64,000 bases of DNA from Polyangiales bacterium (GTDB lineage Bacteria > Myxococcota_A > Polyangia > Polyangiales > Polyangiaceae), in NCBI GenBank assembly GCA_038230375.1, contig JBBRNJ010000016.1:59175-123174 (forward strand), given 5' to 3'. The notes under the pieces are model-generated. The model did no database searches. It was not told where the DNA came from and saw nothing but the letters and a program-made list of their open reading frames with translations. Both the position numbers and the translations under genes were made by a program. This document shows, piece by piece, positions 39,058 to 49,630 of the stretch (position 1 is its first letter; each line of letters starts with the position of its first letter).

Positions 39058-40625
39058 AGCTCGATACTGCGCGCCCCAAGAGGCAGATCGCCCTCGTCAT
39101 CGTCCTCTTCATCCATGGGCTCGTTTTTCTCGGTGGGTTCTGCGTGCTGGGCGTCGTCGGTACTGTGATGGCGCTCTCGCCGAACAGCGAGCCGAACCGC
39201 CTCCACCGCGCGCCCGACCCGGACGAGGTCGCGCGAGGTCAGCTCTGGTTCTCTGGTCATATCGAGGAGCTCCGACCTGGGCGAACGGACAAGGGCGAGC
39301 TCCGGCCCGCGGATCCGTGGCACGGCTGCTCGATGCGTGCGCAGCGCTATCGCAGCGGCAAGAACTCTGGCTGGTACGACGATGGCCCCGTCTACTCCTA
39401 CGGCTCGGCGCTCGTCGTGTCGGATGAGAAGTTCACACTTGGGAGATCGGTGGAGGTCCAGCTTCATCGCTTCCCCGTGGGTGGGCGCGACATGCTCACG
39501 AATGCGCAGGCGATCGAGATGCTGCCCACGGCCTCACCGACCACGGGCACGTTCCGCTACGTGCGCGATTGCTTCAGCGCGCCGTGGGAGGTGACCGTCG
39601 ACGGGCAGGCGTCTTCTGATGGGGTTCTCCAGCCCATCCCCGGTCGCGTCCTCGCGATGGTGGAGACGCGCGACGCACGCGTGTCGCGCCTGGGCACGGA
39701 CGCGATGCTGTGCTCGCTCGGGCCCCTCGCGTTCGCGGGAGGCTTCGCGTGGCTCGCGCTCTTCCTGTCGGTGCTTCGCACGCCGACGCACCTGTCCAAC
39801 GTCTTCGGCGCGGCGTTGACCAAAGGCTTACCGGGCTCACCGGTGGCGGTCGCGATGCCGTTCGTCGGGCTCGCGCTGGGCGTCACGTCGTACCTGATGC
39901 TGTTCCACAGCCTCGCGCCGATCGTCCTCTACGTGCTTGCGTTCTCGGCGTTCGGCGTGGTGCTGCGGTGGCATGCGCGTGCCGTCGCGCTTCGCGTCCG
40001 GCTGCGGGTCGTGCTCACGGGCGTGGAGGTCTCTGGCGTGACCGCCGCGTGGGGCACACTCTCGCGTCCCGGCGGTGAGCCAGGCGAATTGGGACCGCCA
40101 GTGATCGCGACAGAGGTTTACGAGCTCACCTCCAAGGGCGCGCTCTCTTCGAAGATCCACACCTATGTCGAGCCCGACCCGTTCACGGTCACGCACGACG
40201 ACGTGTGCTCCACGTGCGACGGCTCATCGAGCAACTTCTTCGGCGAGTGCACGCAGGACAACGAGGACGGTCACGACGTCCGAGGCAGCCGCTACGGCGG
40301 CCCCACGTTCACGAGGAACCGCTACGGCGTCCGGGTGACGCGAATGCCGGCTGGCTCGGAGATCGTCCTGGTGGGTCCCTCGGCGCAAGGCGCGGATTCG
40401 CGCGCGCCGGCTGCAGAGGACTACCGCGGCAGCGGCACCGCGCGCTTCTACCGGCGCGACGGCGCGGCCCGCGTGGTCGTCTTCCAGGGGACACGCGATC
40501 TCCTCCGCACGTACATCGGCCGCGACCTGACGACGTTCCGCGTCTATCGCGTCTTCTTGGGCCTGTGGCTCACGGGCGCTCTCTCCACGCTCGCATTGGC
40601 TGCAAAGTACACGCTATTTCGCTGA
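39054..40625 (+). CDS. Hypothetical multi-pass membrane protein between murE and murF
   Basis: 523-aa ORF with about 5 TM segments; ATG overlaps the murE stop (ATGA). Confidence 0.7.
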   Translation: MKLDTARPKRQIALVIVLFIHGLVFLGGFCVLGVVGTVMALSPNSEPNRLHRAPDPDEVARGQLWFSGHIEELRPGRTDKGELRPADPWHGCSMRAQRYRSGKNSGWYDDGPVYSYGSALVVSDEKFTLGRSVEVQLHRFPVGGRDMLTNAQAIEMLPTASPTTGTFRYVRDCFSAPWEVTVDGQASSDGVLQPIPGRVLAMVETRDARVSRLGTDAMLCSLGPLAFAGGFAWLALFLSVLRTPTHLSNVFGAALTKGLPGSPVAVAMPFVGLALGVTSYLMLFHSLAPIVLYVLAFSAFGVVLRWHARAVALRVRLRVVLTGVEVSGVTAAWGTLSRPGGEPGELGPPVIATEVYELTSKGALSSKIHTYVEPDPFTVTHDDVCSTCDGSSSNFFGECTQDNEDGHDVRGSRYGGPTFTRNRYGVRVTRMPAGSEIVLVGPSAQGADSRAPAAEDYRGSGTARFYRRDGAARVVVFQGTRDLLRTYIGRDLTTFRVYRVFLGLWLTGALSTLALAAKYTLFR

Positions 40626-40675
40626 ATTCGCGCCGGTTCTGAGGCGCCGAAACTCTGGTAATGAAGGCGGGGATC

Positions 40676-42148
40676 ATGGCGACCCCCATCCCCGCGAACC
40701 GCGCGCCCTTCGATGTCGACTCGATCGTTCTCACGACGGGGGGCACACTCACCGTCCGCGGTCCCGTCACGCAGGGGCACGGCGTCACCACGGACAGCCG
40801 GGCCGCGCTTCCCGGGACGCTCTTCGTCGCGCTTCGCGGGGAGTCGCACGACGGGCACGCATATGCGAAGAAGGCGGCAGAGACAGGAGCCATCGCGTTG
40901 CTCGTGGAGCACCCGGTGGAGCTGGGTCCCGGGTCGCGCGTCAGCGTCATCCAGGTGAAGGACACGCTGGTCGCGCTGGGGGAGCTCGCGCGGGAGCATC
41001 TTCGCGCATGGCGGGCGCTCTTCCCTCACGGCAGACGCGCGGTGGTCGGCATCACGGGAACGGCGGGCAAGACGACCACGAAGGAGCTCGCGCGGGCCTT
41101 GTTTTCTCGGCTCGGCGCGACGCTGGCGACCACCGGGAATCTGAACAACCGCATCGGCGTTCCGCATACCGTGCTCACGCTCACGGAAGAGCACGTGCAT
41201 GCCGTCATCGAGATGGGCATGAGCTTGCGCGGCGAGATCCAGGCGCTCGGGCACATCGTGACCCCCGACGCCGGCATCATCACCAACATCGGCGTGGGCC
41301 ACGCAGAGGGCGTGGGTGGCACGCGTGCGGATGTCGCGCGCGAGAAGGGCGCCATGTTCGAGGCGCTCACGGAGAACGGCATCGCGATCGCCAACGCGGA
41401 CGACGACGCCGTGCTCGGGGAGCTTGCTCGTGCTGGAAGGCGCCGCGTGGTCCGCTTCGGTCACACGGGCGACTACGCGATGGCGTCGCGCACGCCCACG
41501 GCGCTCGGGCAGACGCTCACGTTCACGTCGCGCCTGCCGTGGTCGAGCGTCGCGCCGCTGTCCCGCACCGTGAGCCTCCCGCTGCCGAGCGAGGCGCAGG
41601 CCATCGATCTGCTCGCCGCGCTTGCCGCCGTGGAGGCCACCACCGGCCGCACGCTCTCTTCGGACGACATCGAGACCGCCATGGCCACGGTATCCATGAC
41701 CGGCCGCCTGGCCATGGTGCGGCTTTCGGACGGGACGCTGCTCATCGACGACACCTACAACGCGAATCCCGCGAGCATGCGCGTGGCCCTTGCGGCGCTC
41801 CGGGAGGCCGGGGGAAAAGAGCGCCGAAAAGTGGCTATTTTGGGAGAGATGAAAGAGCTTGGCCCCATTGCGACGATGGAGCACGAAGCGCTCGGAGAGA
41901 CACTTGCCGATGGTTCGGTGGACCTCGCCATTGGTTGTGGCGGGCTCGTCGCGCGCACGCTCGATCGCGCGGAGGCGCGCGGCGTTGTCGTCCATCGCGC
42001 GGATTCTACGGAGGGCGCGGCGGATCTCGCAGCGGCGCTCGTCAGGGCAGGGGACGTCGTGCTCGTGAAGGGCTCGCGTAGCGTCGGGACCGAGGCGATC
42101 GTCGCCCGGCTCATCTCATCTCGGGGGCGTGCCGAGGAACCCATCTGA
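40676..42148 (+). CDS. murF: UDP-MurNAc-tripeptide:D-Ala-D-Ala ligase MurF
   Basis: ITGTAGKTTTKE, NLNNRIGVP, DDTYNANP, LGEMKELG and VKGSR. Confidence 0.95.
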   Translation: MATPIPANRAPFDVDSIVLTTGGTLTVRGPVTQGHGVTTDSRAALPGTLFVALRGESHDGHAYAKKAAETGAIALLVEHPVELGPGSRVSVIQVKDTLVALGELAREHLRAWRALFPHGRRAVVGITGTAGKTTTKELARALFSRLGATLATTGNLNNRIGVPHTVLTLTEEHVHAVIEMGMSLRGEIQALGHIVTPDAGIITNIGVGHAEGVGGTRADVAREKGAMFEALTENGIAIANADDDAVLGELARAGRRRVVRFGHTGDYAMASRTPTALGQTLTFTSRLPWSSVAPLSRTVSLPLPSEAQAIDLLAALAAVEATTGRTLSSDDIETAMATVSMTGRLAMVRLSDGTLLIDDTYNANPASMRVALAALREAGGKERRKVAILGEMKELGPIATMEHEALGETLADGSVDLAIGCGGLVARTLDRAEARGVVVHRADSTEGAADLAAALVRAGDVVLVKGSRSVGTEAIVARLISSRGRAEEPI

Positions 42149-43299
42149 TGCTCTACGAGCTGCTGTATCCGCTCCACAAGAAGGCCGAGTGGCTCGGCTT
42201 CCTGAACGTCCTCAAGTACGTCCCGTTTCGCGTCATCCTCGCGACGCTCACGGCGATGCTGATCTCCTTCATGCTTGGCCCGTGGTTCATCCGCCAGCTC
42301 CAGCAGAAGCAGATCGGTCAGGTCGTTCGCGACGACGGCCCGGAGACACACTTCAAGAAGCGCGGGACACCGACCATGGGCGGCGCGCTCATCCTGGTGT
42401 CGGTGCTCGTTCCCACCATGCTCTGGTGCGACCCGCACAACACGTTCGTCTGGGCGACCACCGCGGTGACAGCCGGCTATGGCGTCATCGGCTACCTGGA
42501 CGACTACCTCAAGATCAAGGCGAAGAACTCCAAGGGCGTTCCGGGCCGCTACAAGCTGCTCGGCCAGTTCGCGATCGGCGGAAGCACGCTCTACTACGTG
42601 TTCACCACGAAGGAGCACGTCCCCGCGGATTGGTGGGCCATCAAGGATCGCGTCAGCCTGCCGTTCGTGGCCTTTCACAAGCACCACATGAGCCTGCCGC
42701 CGTGGCTCTACCTGGCGCTCGCGGTCCTGATCGTCGTGTGGATGTCGAACGCCGTGAACCTCACGGACGGCCTGGACGGTCTCGCGATCGGCCCCGTGAT
42801 CATCAACGGAGGCACGTATCTGATCTGGGCGTACCTTGCTGGCGCCTCGTTCGGTATCCCGGGTGTGCTCGAGAAGCGCTTCGTGGTGGCGTCGTACCTG
42901 GACATTCCGCCGCTCTCGAGCGCGGGAGAGCTCTCCATCTACTGCGGCGCGCTCGTCGGCGCCGGCATAGGGTTCCTCTGGTACAACACGTATCCCGCGC
43001 AGCTCTTCATGGGCGACGTGGGCGCGCTCGCGCTGGGCGGAGGCCTTGGCATGGTGGCCGTGTTCACCAAGAACGAGGTGCTTGCGCTCCTCCTTGGTGG
43101 CGTCTTCACCCTCGAGGCGGTCAGCGTGATCACGCAGGTTCTCTCGTTCAAGCTGACGGGCAAGCGTGTCTTCCTGATGGCGCCGCTACACCACCACTAC
43201 GAGAAGAAGGGCTGGCCTGAGCCAAAGATCATCGTCCGCTTCTGGATCGTGTCGGTCCTACTCGCGCTGGTGTCGCTCTCCAGCCTGAAGCTGCGGTGA
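42148..43299 (+). CDS. mraY: Phospho-MurNAc-pentapeptide transferase MraY
   Basis: GTPTMGG, NAVNLTDGLDGLA, FMGDVG and MAPLHHHYE. Confidence 0.97.
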   Translation: MLYELLYPLHKKAEWLGFLNVLKYVPFRVILATLTAMLISFMLGPWFIRQLQQKQIGQVVRDDGPETHFKKRGTPTMGGALILVSVLVPTMLWCDPHNTFVWATTAVTAGYGVIGYLDDYLKIKAKNSKGVPGRYKLLGQFAIGGSTLYYVFTTKEHVPADWWAIKDRVSLPFVAFHKHHMSLPPWLYLALAVLIVVWMSNAVNLTDGLDGLAIGPVIINGGTYLIWAYLAGASFGIPGVLEKRFVVASYLDIPPLSSAGELSIYCGALVGAGIGFLWYNTYPAQLFMGDVGALALGGGLGMVAVFTKNEVLALLLGGVFTLEAVSVITQVLSFKLTGKRVFLMAPLHHHYEKKGWPEPKIIVRFWIVSVLLALVSLSSLKLR

Positions 43300-43303
43300 A
43301 TCG

Positions 43304-44695
43304 ATGAGAGACCTCCGCGGAAAGAAGGTCGTCGTCGTGGGGCTCGGCGCGAGCGGAATCGCGGCCGCCCGGCTGTGTGCTGCGCGCGGCGCAACGGTCA
43401 CCGGCACGGACGGCAAGACGCGTGAGCAAGCATCGTCGGAGCTGGTCGCGCTGGAGGGCGCGGGCGTACGTCTGGCGCTCGGCGGGCACGCAGACGCGGG
43501 ATTGTCCGAGGCGGACCTGATCGTGATCTCGCCGGGCGTACCGTCCTTCGCCGCGCTGGAATCCGCGGAAAAAAAAGGTGTTCCAGTGATCTCGGAGATC
43601 GAGCTCGCGACGTCGCTCCTTGCGCATCCGGCGCCGATCGTCGCCATCGGCGGCACGAACGGGAAGAGCACCGTCACATCGCTCGTGGCCGCGCTGCTCC
43701 TTGGCGCGGGCAAGAACGTGTTCGCGGGCGGCAACCTGGGCGAGCCGCTTGCGTCGCACGCGGACGAGAAGTTCGACGTGATCGTCCTCGAGGTGTCGAG
43801 CTTCCAGCTGGAGCGCCTGGAGACCTTCAAGCCGAAGGTGAGCGTGCTCCTCAACGTGACCGCGGACCACCTGGATCGCTATGCGGACATGGCCGCGTAC
43901 GCCGCCGCAAAGGGCAACGCGTTCGTGCGTCAGGACGCAGATGACGTGGCCGTGATCCCCGCTGGCGACGACGTGTGTAGAATGCAAGCATCTCGCGGCA
44001 AGGGAGCACGCGTCACCTTTGGCGGTGCCGGCGCGGACGTCGTGGCTGCGAAGGACCAGATCACCGACACGCGGGCCGGCCTCACGCTCCGCACGAAAGA
44101 GATCGGGCTGTCGGGTGGTCACAACGCGCTGAACGTCGCTGCGGCGCTGGCCGCGGTCGCGCCGTTTGGCCTGCCCGAGGCGAGCATTCGCCAGACGCTC
44201 CGCACCTTCCAGGGGCTTCCGCACCGCATGGCGTTCGTGGAGACCATCTCTGGCGTCCGCTACTACGACGACTCCAAGGGCACGAACGTCGGCGCCGTCG
44301 TGACCGCGCTTCTTGGCCTGGCAGAGGACAAGTGCGTGCTCATCGCAGGCGGCAAGGACAAGGGCGGCGGATATGCCGACCTCGCGGAAGCCCTGAAAAA
44401 CAAGGGTCGCGGCGTGATCGTGATCGGCGAGGCCGCCAAGCTGATCGAGAGCGAGTTGCACGCGAAGCTCCCGGCCCTCCCCGTGGTCCATGCGAAGACC
44501 ATGGACAACGCCGTCACGGCCGCCGCGGAGCTCGCTCACGAGGGTGACGCGGTGCTGCTCTCGCCCGCGTGCGCGAGCTTCGACATGTTCAAGGACTACA
44601 AGCACCGCGGTGACGTGTTCGTCCTTGCGGTGAAGAAGCTGTGTTCGCTGGCCCAGACCGCCGGCGCGAGCAAGGTGACGGAGAAGAACCGATGA
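43304..44695 (+). CDS. murD: UDP-MurNAc-Ala:D-Glu ligase MurD
   Basis: GTNGKST, LEVSSFQL, DHLDRY, DDSKGTN and LSPACASFD. Confidence 0.97.
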   Translation: MRDLRGKKVVVVGLGASGIAAARLCAARGATVTGTDGKTREQASSELVALEGAGVRLALGGHADAGLSEADLIVISPGVPSFAALESAEKKGVPVISEIELATSLLAHPAPIVAIGGTNGKSTVTSLVAALLLGAGKNVFAGGNLGEPLASHADEKFDVIVLEVSSFQLERLETFKPKVSVLLNVTADHLDRYADMAAYAAAKGNAFVRQDADDVAVIPAGDDVCRMQASRGKGARVTFGGAGADVVAAKDQITDTRAGLTLRTKEIGLSGGHNALNVAAALAAVAPFGLPEASIRQTLRTFQGLPHRMAFVETISGVRYYDDSKGTNVGAVVTALLGLAEDKCVLIAGGKDKGGGYADLAEALKNKGRGVIVIGEAAKLIESELHAKLPALPVVHAKTMDNAVTAAAELAHEGDAVLLSPACASFDMFKDYKHRGDVFVLAVKKLCSLAQTAGASKVTEKNR

Positions 44696-46005
44696 TGCTT
44701 CGCAACGTCCGCAAGGTGAACGTCCCCGAGATCGTCGCGCCCGCGCCGCTGGACGCAAAGCCCAATGCCGCCGCGGACAAGAACCCAGTGGACGTGGTGC
44801 TGGGCGCGCTGCTCGTCGCGCTCATCGGGTTCGGCGTGGTCGCGGTCTACAGCGCGTCGCAGGTGTACGCCACGACGCAGTTCCACGATCCGCAGTTCTT
44901 CCTGAAGCGCCAGGCTGCGTACGCGGTGGCTGCGCTGGTGCTGATGTTCGGCATCTCGCACGTGGATTATCACCGCCTCTACAAGCTCACCTATCCGGTG
45001 CTCGTGGGCGTCGGCATCCTCCTCTTGATGTGCGTGGTGGGCTTCGGTCACTCGGGCGGCGGCGCAGCCCGCTGGCTCTCGGTCGGCCCCGTCCACATCC
45101 AGCCCGCCGAGATGGCGAAGCTCGCGCTCGTCACGTGGCTCGCGTACTCGCTCAGCAAGAAGGCCGAGAAGGTGAAGAGCTTCGCCGTCGGCTTCCTGCC
45201 GCACATGATCGTCGCCGGCCTGTACATGCTGCTCTGCATGAAGCAGCCGGACTTCGGCAGCGCTGTCGTGCTCCTGCTTCTCACCTTCACGCTGTTGTTC
45301 GTTGCAGGCGCGCGCGTTGGCTACATCATGGGCGCATTCATGATCGGCGTGCCGCTCGCCGTCGCCGCCGTTCGCTTCAAGGCGTACCGCTACGAGCGGT
45401 ACCTGGCGTGGATGGACATGGAGGCGCACAAGCAGGACCTGGCCTACCAGCCGTTCCAGGCCGTCATGAGCTTCGGCTCTGGCGGGCCGTGGGGCCTGGG
45501 CCTTGGCCGCGGTCTGCAGACGCTCTACTTGCCCGAGGCGCACACGGACTTCATCGCCGCGATCATCGGCGAGGAGTTCGGCTTCGTCGGCATCCTCTGC
45601 CTGTGCCTCGCGTTCCTTGCGTTGGTCGGGCGCGGTGTGCGCACGGCCCTCCGTGCTCCAGACGACTACGGCAGCTATCTCGCCTTCGGTATCTCCACCA
45701 TGTTCGGCGTGCAGGCGCTCGTGAATCTCTGCGTCGCGCTCTCCATCTTCCCGACGAAGGGCCTGACGCTGCCCTTCATCTCGTTCGGCGGCTCGTCGCT
45801 CCTCGTGAACGCAGCGGCCGCCGGCATCCTCCTCAACATCTCGCGCCACGCGCAGCAGAAGGGCGACTACGAGGAGGAGAAGGCGGACCGCAAGCATGAG
45901 GCAGAGAACCAGGCGCCGGACGCCGAGGAAGATCCGGCGATGGGCGACGTGTTCGGGGATGCGCAGGTCGCCGACGTAGGCGCGAGCGAGCCCGCGACGT
46001 CGTGA
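44692..46005 (+). CDS. ftsW: SEDS peptidoglycan polymerase FtsW
   Basis: GAARW, QPAEMAK, QPDFGS, LPEAHTDFI and PTKGLTLPFISFGGSS. Confidence 0.96.
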   Translation: MMLRNVRKVNVPEIVAPAPLDAKPNAAADKNPVDVVLGALLVALIGFGVVAVYSASQVYATTQFHDPQFFLKRQAAYAVAALVLMFGISHVDYHRLYKLTYPVLVGVGILLLMCVVGFGHSGGGAARWLSVGPVHIQPAEMAKLALVTWLAYSLSKKAEKVKSFAVGFLPHMIVAGLYMLLCMKQPDFGSAVVLLLLTFTLLFVAGARVGYIMGAFMIGVPLAVAAVRFKAYRYERYLAWMDMEAHKQDLAYQPFQAVMSFGSGGPWGLGLGRGLQTLYLPEAHTDFIAAIIGEEFGFVGILCLCLAFLALVGRGVRTALRAPDDYGSYLAFGISTMFGVQALVNLCVALSIFPTKGLTLPFISFGGSSLLVNAAAAGILLNISRHAQQKGDYEEEKADRKHEAENQAPDAEEDPAMGDVFGDAQVADVGASEPATS

Positions 46006-47108
46006 GCGGTGGCGAGGGCGTGAGGCCGGTCCTGTTCATCGCGGGCGGGGGGACTGGCGGACACGTGTTCCCGGGCCTTGCGGTTGCGGAGGCCGCGCGC
46101 ACGCTCGCAGATGTAGAGGTGGTCTTCGTGGGGACAGCGCGCGGGCTCGAGTCCAGGCTGGTCCCGGAACGCGGCTACGCACTGGAGCTTCTGGACGTGC
46201 TTCCGCTGAAGGGTGGGGGAGCTCTCCGCGCGGCGAAGGGACTTCTCGTGGCGGCGCGTGCTTCGGTGTCGGCGCTCTCACTCCTTCGAAGACGAAGGCC
46301 CCGCGCCGTCCTCTCCGTCGGCGGGTATGCGGCGGGTCCCGTGTCGCTCGCGGCGGCCGCTCTCCGCATTCCCGTTGCCGTGCTGGAGCCGAACAGCGTG
46401 ACCGGTCTTGCGAATCGCTGGCTCTCCCCGTTCTGCGCGCGCGCGTACATCGCGTTCCCGACCGTGGCGAAGGACTTTGCGAAGGAGAAGGTGCGCACGT
46501 TCGGTGTGCCACTTCGCAGGGGATTTCAAGCCTCTCCGTACGAACCCAGATCGTCGCTCCATCTGCTGGTGCTCGGCGGCAGCCTGGGCGCGCGCGCGAT
46601 CAACGATCGCATCCCGGGCGCTGCGTCGCGGCTCTTGACGACGCACCCGCAGCTGACCATCTTGCACCAGACCGGCAAGGATGAAGTGCAGCGCACGCAG
46701 GAAGCGTACGCGCGGGCGTCGGTGAAGAACGTGACTGTCGTGCCGTTCATCGACGACGTGCCCGCCGAGCTTTCGCGTGCCGACGTGGTCGTGTCGCGTG
46801 CAGGCGCAGGCAGCGTGTCGGAGATCTGTGCCGTGGGCCGCGCGAGCGTGCTCATTCCGTTTCCGCACGCCGCGGACGACCATCAGGCCACGAACGCACG
46901 CGCTGTCGCCGACCAGGGCGGTGCCGTATGGCTCCGGCAAGAGGCCGCCGACGACACGCGCATCGCAAGCGAGCTCCTACGTCTGCTGGGCGACGCGGCG
47001 CTGCGGCGGACCATGGCGACGCGTGCGCGGCTCTTCGGCAAGCCGGACGCGGCGAGCACCATCGCGCGCGACCTGCTCGATCTGGCCGGCATCACGCACG
47101 GCGTGTGA
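46002..47108 (+). CDS. murG: Lipid II GlcNAc transferase MurG
   Basis: AGGGTGGHVFP, GGSLGA, SRAGA and DDHQ..NA. Confidence 0.96.
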   Translation: MSGGEGVRPVLFIAGGGTGGHVFPGLAVAEAARTLADVEVVFVGTARGLESRLVPERGYALELLDVLPLKGGGALRAAKGLLVAARASVSALSLLRRRRPRAVLSVGGYAAGPVSLAAAALRIPVAVLEPNSVTGLANRWLSPFCARAYIAFPTVAKDFAKEKVRTFGVPLRRGFQASPYEPRSSLHLLVLGGSLGARAINDRIPGAASRLLTTHPQLTILHQTGKDEVQRTQEAYARASVKNVTVVPFIDDVPAELSRADVVVSRAGAGSVSEICAVGRASVLIPFPHAADDHQATNARAVADQGGAVWLRQEAADDTRIASELLRLLGDAALRRTMATRARLFGKPDAASTIARDLLDLAGITHGV

Positions 47109-47119
47109 CCGCGCGCGCG

Positions 47120-49582
47120 TCAGGGCGTGGGTCTGGGCGTCATGGACGCTTCGAGGCTGGTGAGCGCGTCGGCGAGCGTCTCCGCGGGCCCCTGCCATGC
47201 GACGACGACGGCCTGCGCCCGCGTGGCGACGAGCTGGCGTAGCTCTTCGAACCTGGCGTTGCCGCGCAGTGGCTCCAGGAGCGGCAGCCGGTTCAGCCAC
47301 GCAAGGTCGAGGAGGCCATCGTTCACGGCTTCTTCCACGAACTGCAACGCGACGTCTTCGTGTCCGGTGATCGCCGCGAGCTCCGCCATGAGCTGCGTGA
47401 AGAACCGTCGTGAGCGGCTGCGCGGCGGCGCCACGCCCATGATGCTCGCCGTCGCGGCGCGGATCGAGCCGATCACGTCGCCATTGCGACGCGTGGTTCC
47501 CGGTGCGCGTGAGGTGGTGACCCACGACCGCCCGTCGCGCGCGCCTCTGAAGAGAGCGATCAGCGTGCCGAAACGGTAGTCCGCCTCCACGGGGACCGGC
47601 GGTTCGTCGATCTTCGGCGCGCCGGGCCATGACCAGAGACGCGCCTCGTGCACGGAGCGGTGGCCCAGCCATTCTGGACCGGGACCGTTGACCGCGAGCT
47701 CGCGCGCGCGTGTCCAGTCCGCCTGCAGCGCCGCGGCGCGGATCAGGTCAACGCGTGCCCAGCGCTGGTGCGGGTCGGTCCAGAGCGCGCGTTCCAGGTG
47801 TTTGACGCCGTCCGCGACCTGGTCTGCCTCGAGCAAGATACGGCCCGTCAGATCGTGCGCGTCGGCGCTGCTGGGTGACAGGACGAGCGCACGCTTGAGC
47901 GCGCGAATGGCGCCCGGTGGGTCGTCGGAGTGATTGAAGCGCACGGCGGCGAGCGCGATCCATGGGTCAGCCAGGTGCTCACCAGCGCGCAGCGCACGCG
48001 TGACCAGGGTTGCCGCTTCGTTGCCATCGAGCGGCGCGAAGAAGTTCCTACCGACCTGCGAGCTCACGAAGCCCGCGAGGATGGTGGGATCGTTCGGTGC
48101 GAGCGTCAGCGCCCTCACGAACAGATCGCGCGACTCCGCCGGACCCGTCATGGTCCAGAAGCGGCCGACCGAATGCTTTGCGCGGAAATACAGGTCCACT
48201 GCGGCGGGATCGGTGGGCTGCGCGCGTGCGTCCACCGCGTGCTCCGCGGCCAGGGCGGCGGCGATCGCATGCGCGACCTCGTCGTTCAAGGCAAACGCCT
48301 CCCCCACGGGCCGGTCGAAGCGCGAAGACCAGAGCTGAAACCCGTCTGCCACGCCAACGAGCCGCGCGCTCACCCGCAGTGTCTGTGCGGCGCGGCGTAC
48401 GGAGCCGTCGACCACCACGTCCACGCCCAGGCGGCGCCCGGTGTCGACGATATCGCGATCCTCCTCGATGTCGTAGCCGCGGCCGCGCACGCGCAGACCG
48501 CGCACGGTCGACAGTACGTCCACGAGGTCCTCCGTGAGCCCGAGCGAGAGGTACGCATCCTCTGCCGGGCCCAGGTTGCGGAAGGGCATCACTGCGATGG
48601 AGCGCTCGCGCGGGCCAGCTTCGGTCTCTGGCATCGCGCGCGGCAGAATGGACGGCGTCTTTGCGCCCGACGGGTCCGCCGCGAGCAGGGCCTGGAGGAG
48701 CTCTGCGTCGGTGGCGAATCGCTCGTTGCGATCGCGCGCGAGGCAGCGCATCACGACGGCGACGACGCTGGGCGAGAGACCGGGCTGGTGAACGCGCGGA
48801 TCTGGGGGCGGCTGTACCAGGCGTGCCGCGGCGACCGCGAGCGCGGAGGTGCCGGGCCACGCGCGCTGACCCGTCAGCATCTCGAAGAGCATCGCGCCGA
48901 ACGCATAGATGTCTGCGCGCGCGTCGATGTCCGCCTGGCCGCCGATCTGTTCCGGCGCCATGTATGCGGGCGTCCCTATCGTGCGACCGCTGGTCTTGGA
49001 AGCGCTGCCGCCCAGCTCGCCGCGGGCGATGCCGAAGTCGGTGATCACCACGCGGCCCATGCTCCCGCTGCCTGCGCTGGCTCCCAGGGCCTCGAGCAGC
49101 ACGTTGTCCGGCTTCAGATCGCGGTGCACCACGCCCACGGCATGCGCCGCCGCCATGCCCGCAACCACCTCACACGCGATCGCGATCGCCTCGCGCGTGT
49201 CCAGGAGCCCACGCTCGAGGCGCGCGGACAGCGCCTCGCCTGTGACGAGCTCCATGGTCAGGAACTTCTCGCCCTCGTGCTCGCCGATGTCGAACGTGCG
49301 TGCGACGTTGCGGTGGGTGACCTTGCGAGCCAGTCGCACCTCTTGACGGAAGCGCTCGATCATCTCGTCGGACCCGACGAAGTCCCTGTGCAGGACCTTC
49401 AGCGCGACGGTCTCTCCCAGCTCGCGATCCTTTGCACGGTAGACGCGGCCCATGCCGCCCATGCCAAGGAGGCCGAGGATCTCGTAGCGACCCGCGACGA
49501 CGGTGGGTGCCACGTGCTCGGACAGCTCTCGCGCGTCGTCTGCGAAGACGGTCGCGTCGGTCGGTCCAACAACAGAGGCCAT
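47120..49582 (-). CDS. Ser/Thr protein kinase with TolB-N-like and TPR domains, antisense within dcw
   Basis: LGMGGMGRVY, HRDLKPDN, DFG, GTPAYMAPE and SIAVMPFRNLG...GLTEDL. Confidence 0.92.
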   Translation of the reverse strand: MASVVGPTDATVFADDARELSEHVAPTVVAGRYEILGLLGMGGMGRVYRAKDRELGETVALKVLHRDFVGSDEMIERFRQEVRLARKVTHRNVARTFDIGEHEGEKFLTMELVTGEALSARLERGLLDTREAIAIACEVVAGMAAAHAVGVVHRDLKPDNVLLEALGASAGSGSMGRVVITDFGIARGELGGSASKTSGRTIGTPAYMAPEQIGGQADIDARADIYAFGAMLFEMLTGQRAWPGTSALAVAAARLVQPPPDPRVHQPGLSPSVVAVVMRCLARDRNERFATDAELLQALLAADPSGAKTPSILPRAMPETEAGPRERSIAVMPFRNLGPAEDAYLSLGLTEDLVDVLSTVRGLRVRGRGYDIEEDRDIVDTGRRLGVDVVVDGSVRRAAQTLRVSARLVGVADGFQLWSSRFDRPVGEAFALNDEVAHAIAAALAAEHAVDARAQPTDPAAVDLYFRAKHSVGRFWTMTGPAESRDLFVRALTLAPNDPTILAGFVSSQVGRNFFAPLDGNEAATLVTRALRAGEHLADPWIALAAVRFNHSDDPPGAIRALKRALVLSPSSADAHDLTGRILLEADQVADGVKHLERALWTDPHQRWARVDLIRAAALQADWTRARELAVNGPGPEWLGHRSVHEARLWSWPGAPKIDEPPVPVEADYRFGTLIALFRGARDGRSWVTTSRAPGTTRRNGDVIGSIRAATASIMGVAPPRSRSRRFFTQLMAELAAITGHEDVALQFVEEAVNDGLLDLAWLNRLPLLEPLRGNARFEELRQLVATRAQAVVVAWQGPAETLADALTSLEASMTPRPTP

Positions 49583-49630
49583 CGGATCCCAGAGTACCCG
49601 AAGTGGCGGTTTCGCGGTAAGAGGGCGTGC

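Noticed and set aside
47930..49630. Apparent 567-aa N-terminal fusion on MurC
   Set aside because: It is an open antisense frame over the kinase gene, common in high-GC DNA; MurC homology starts at 49631.
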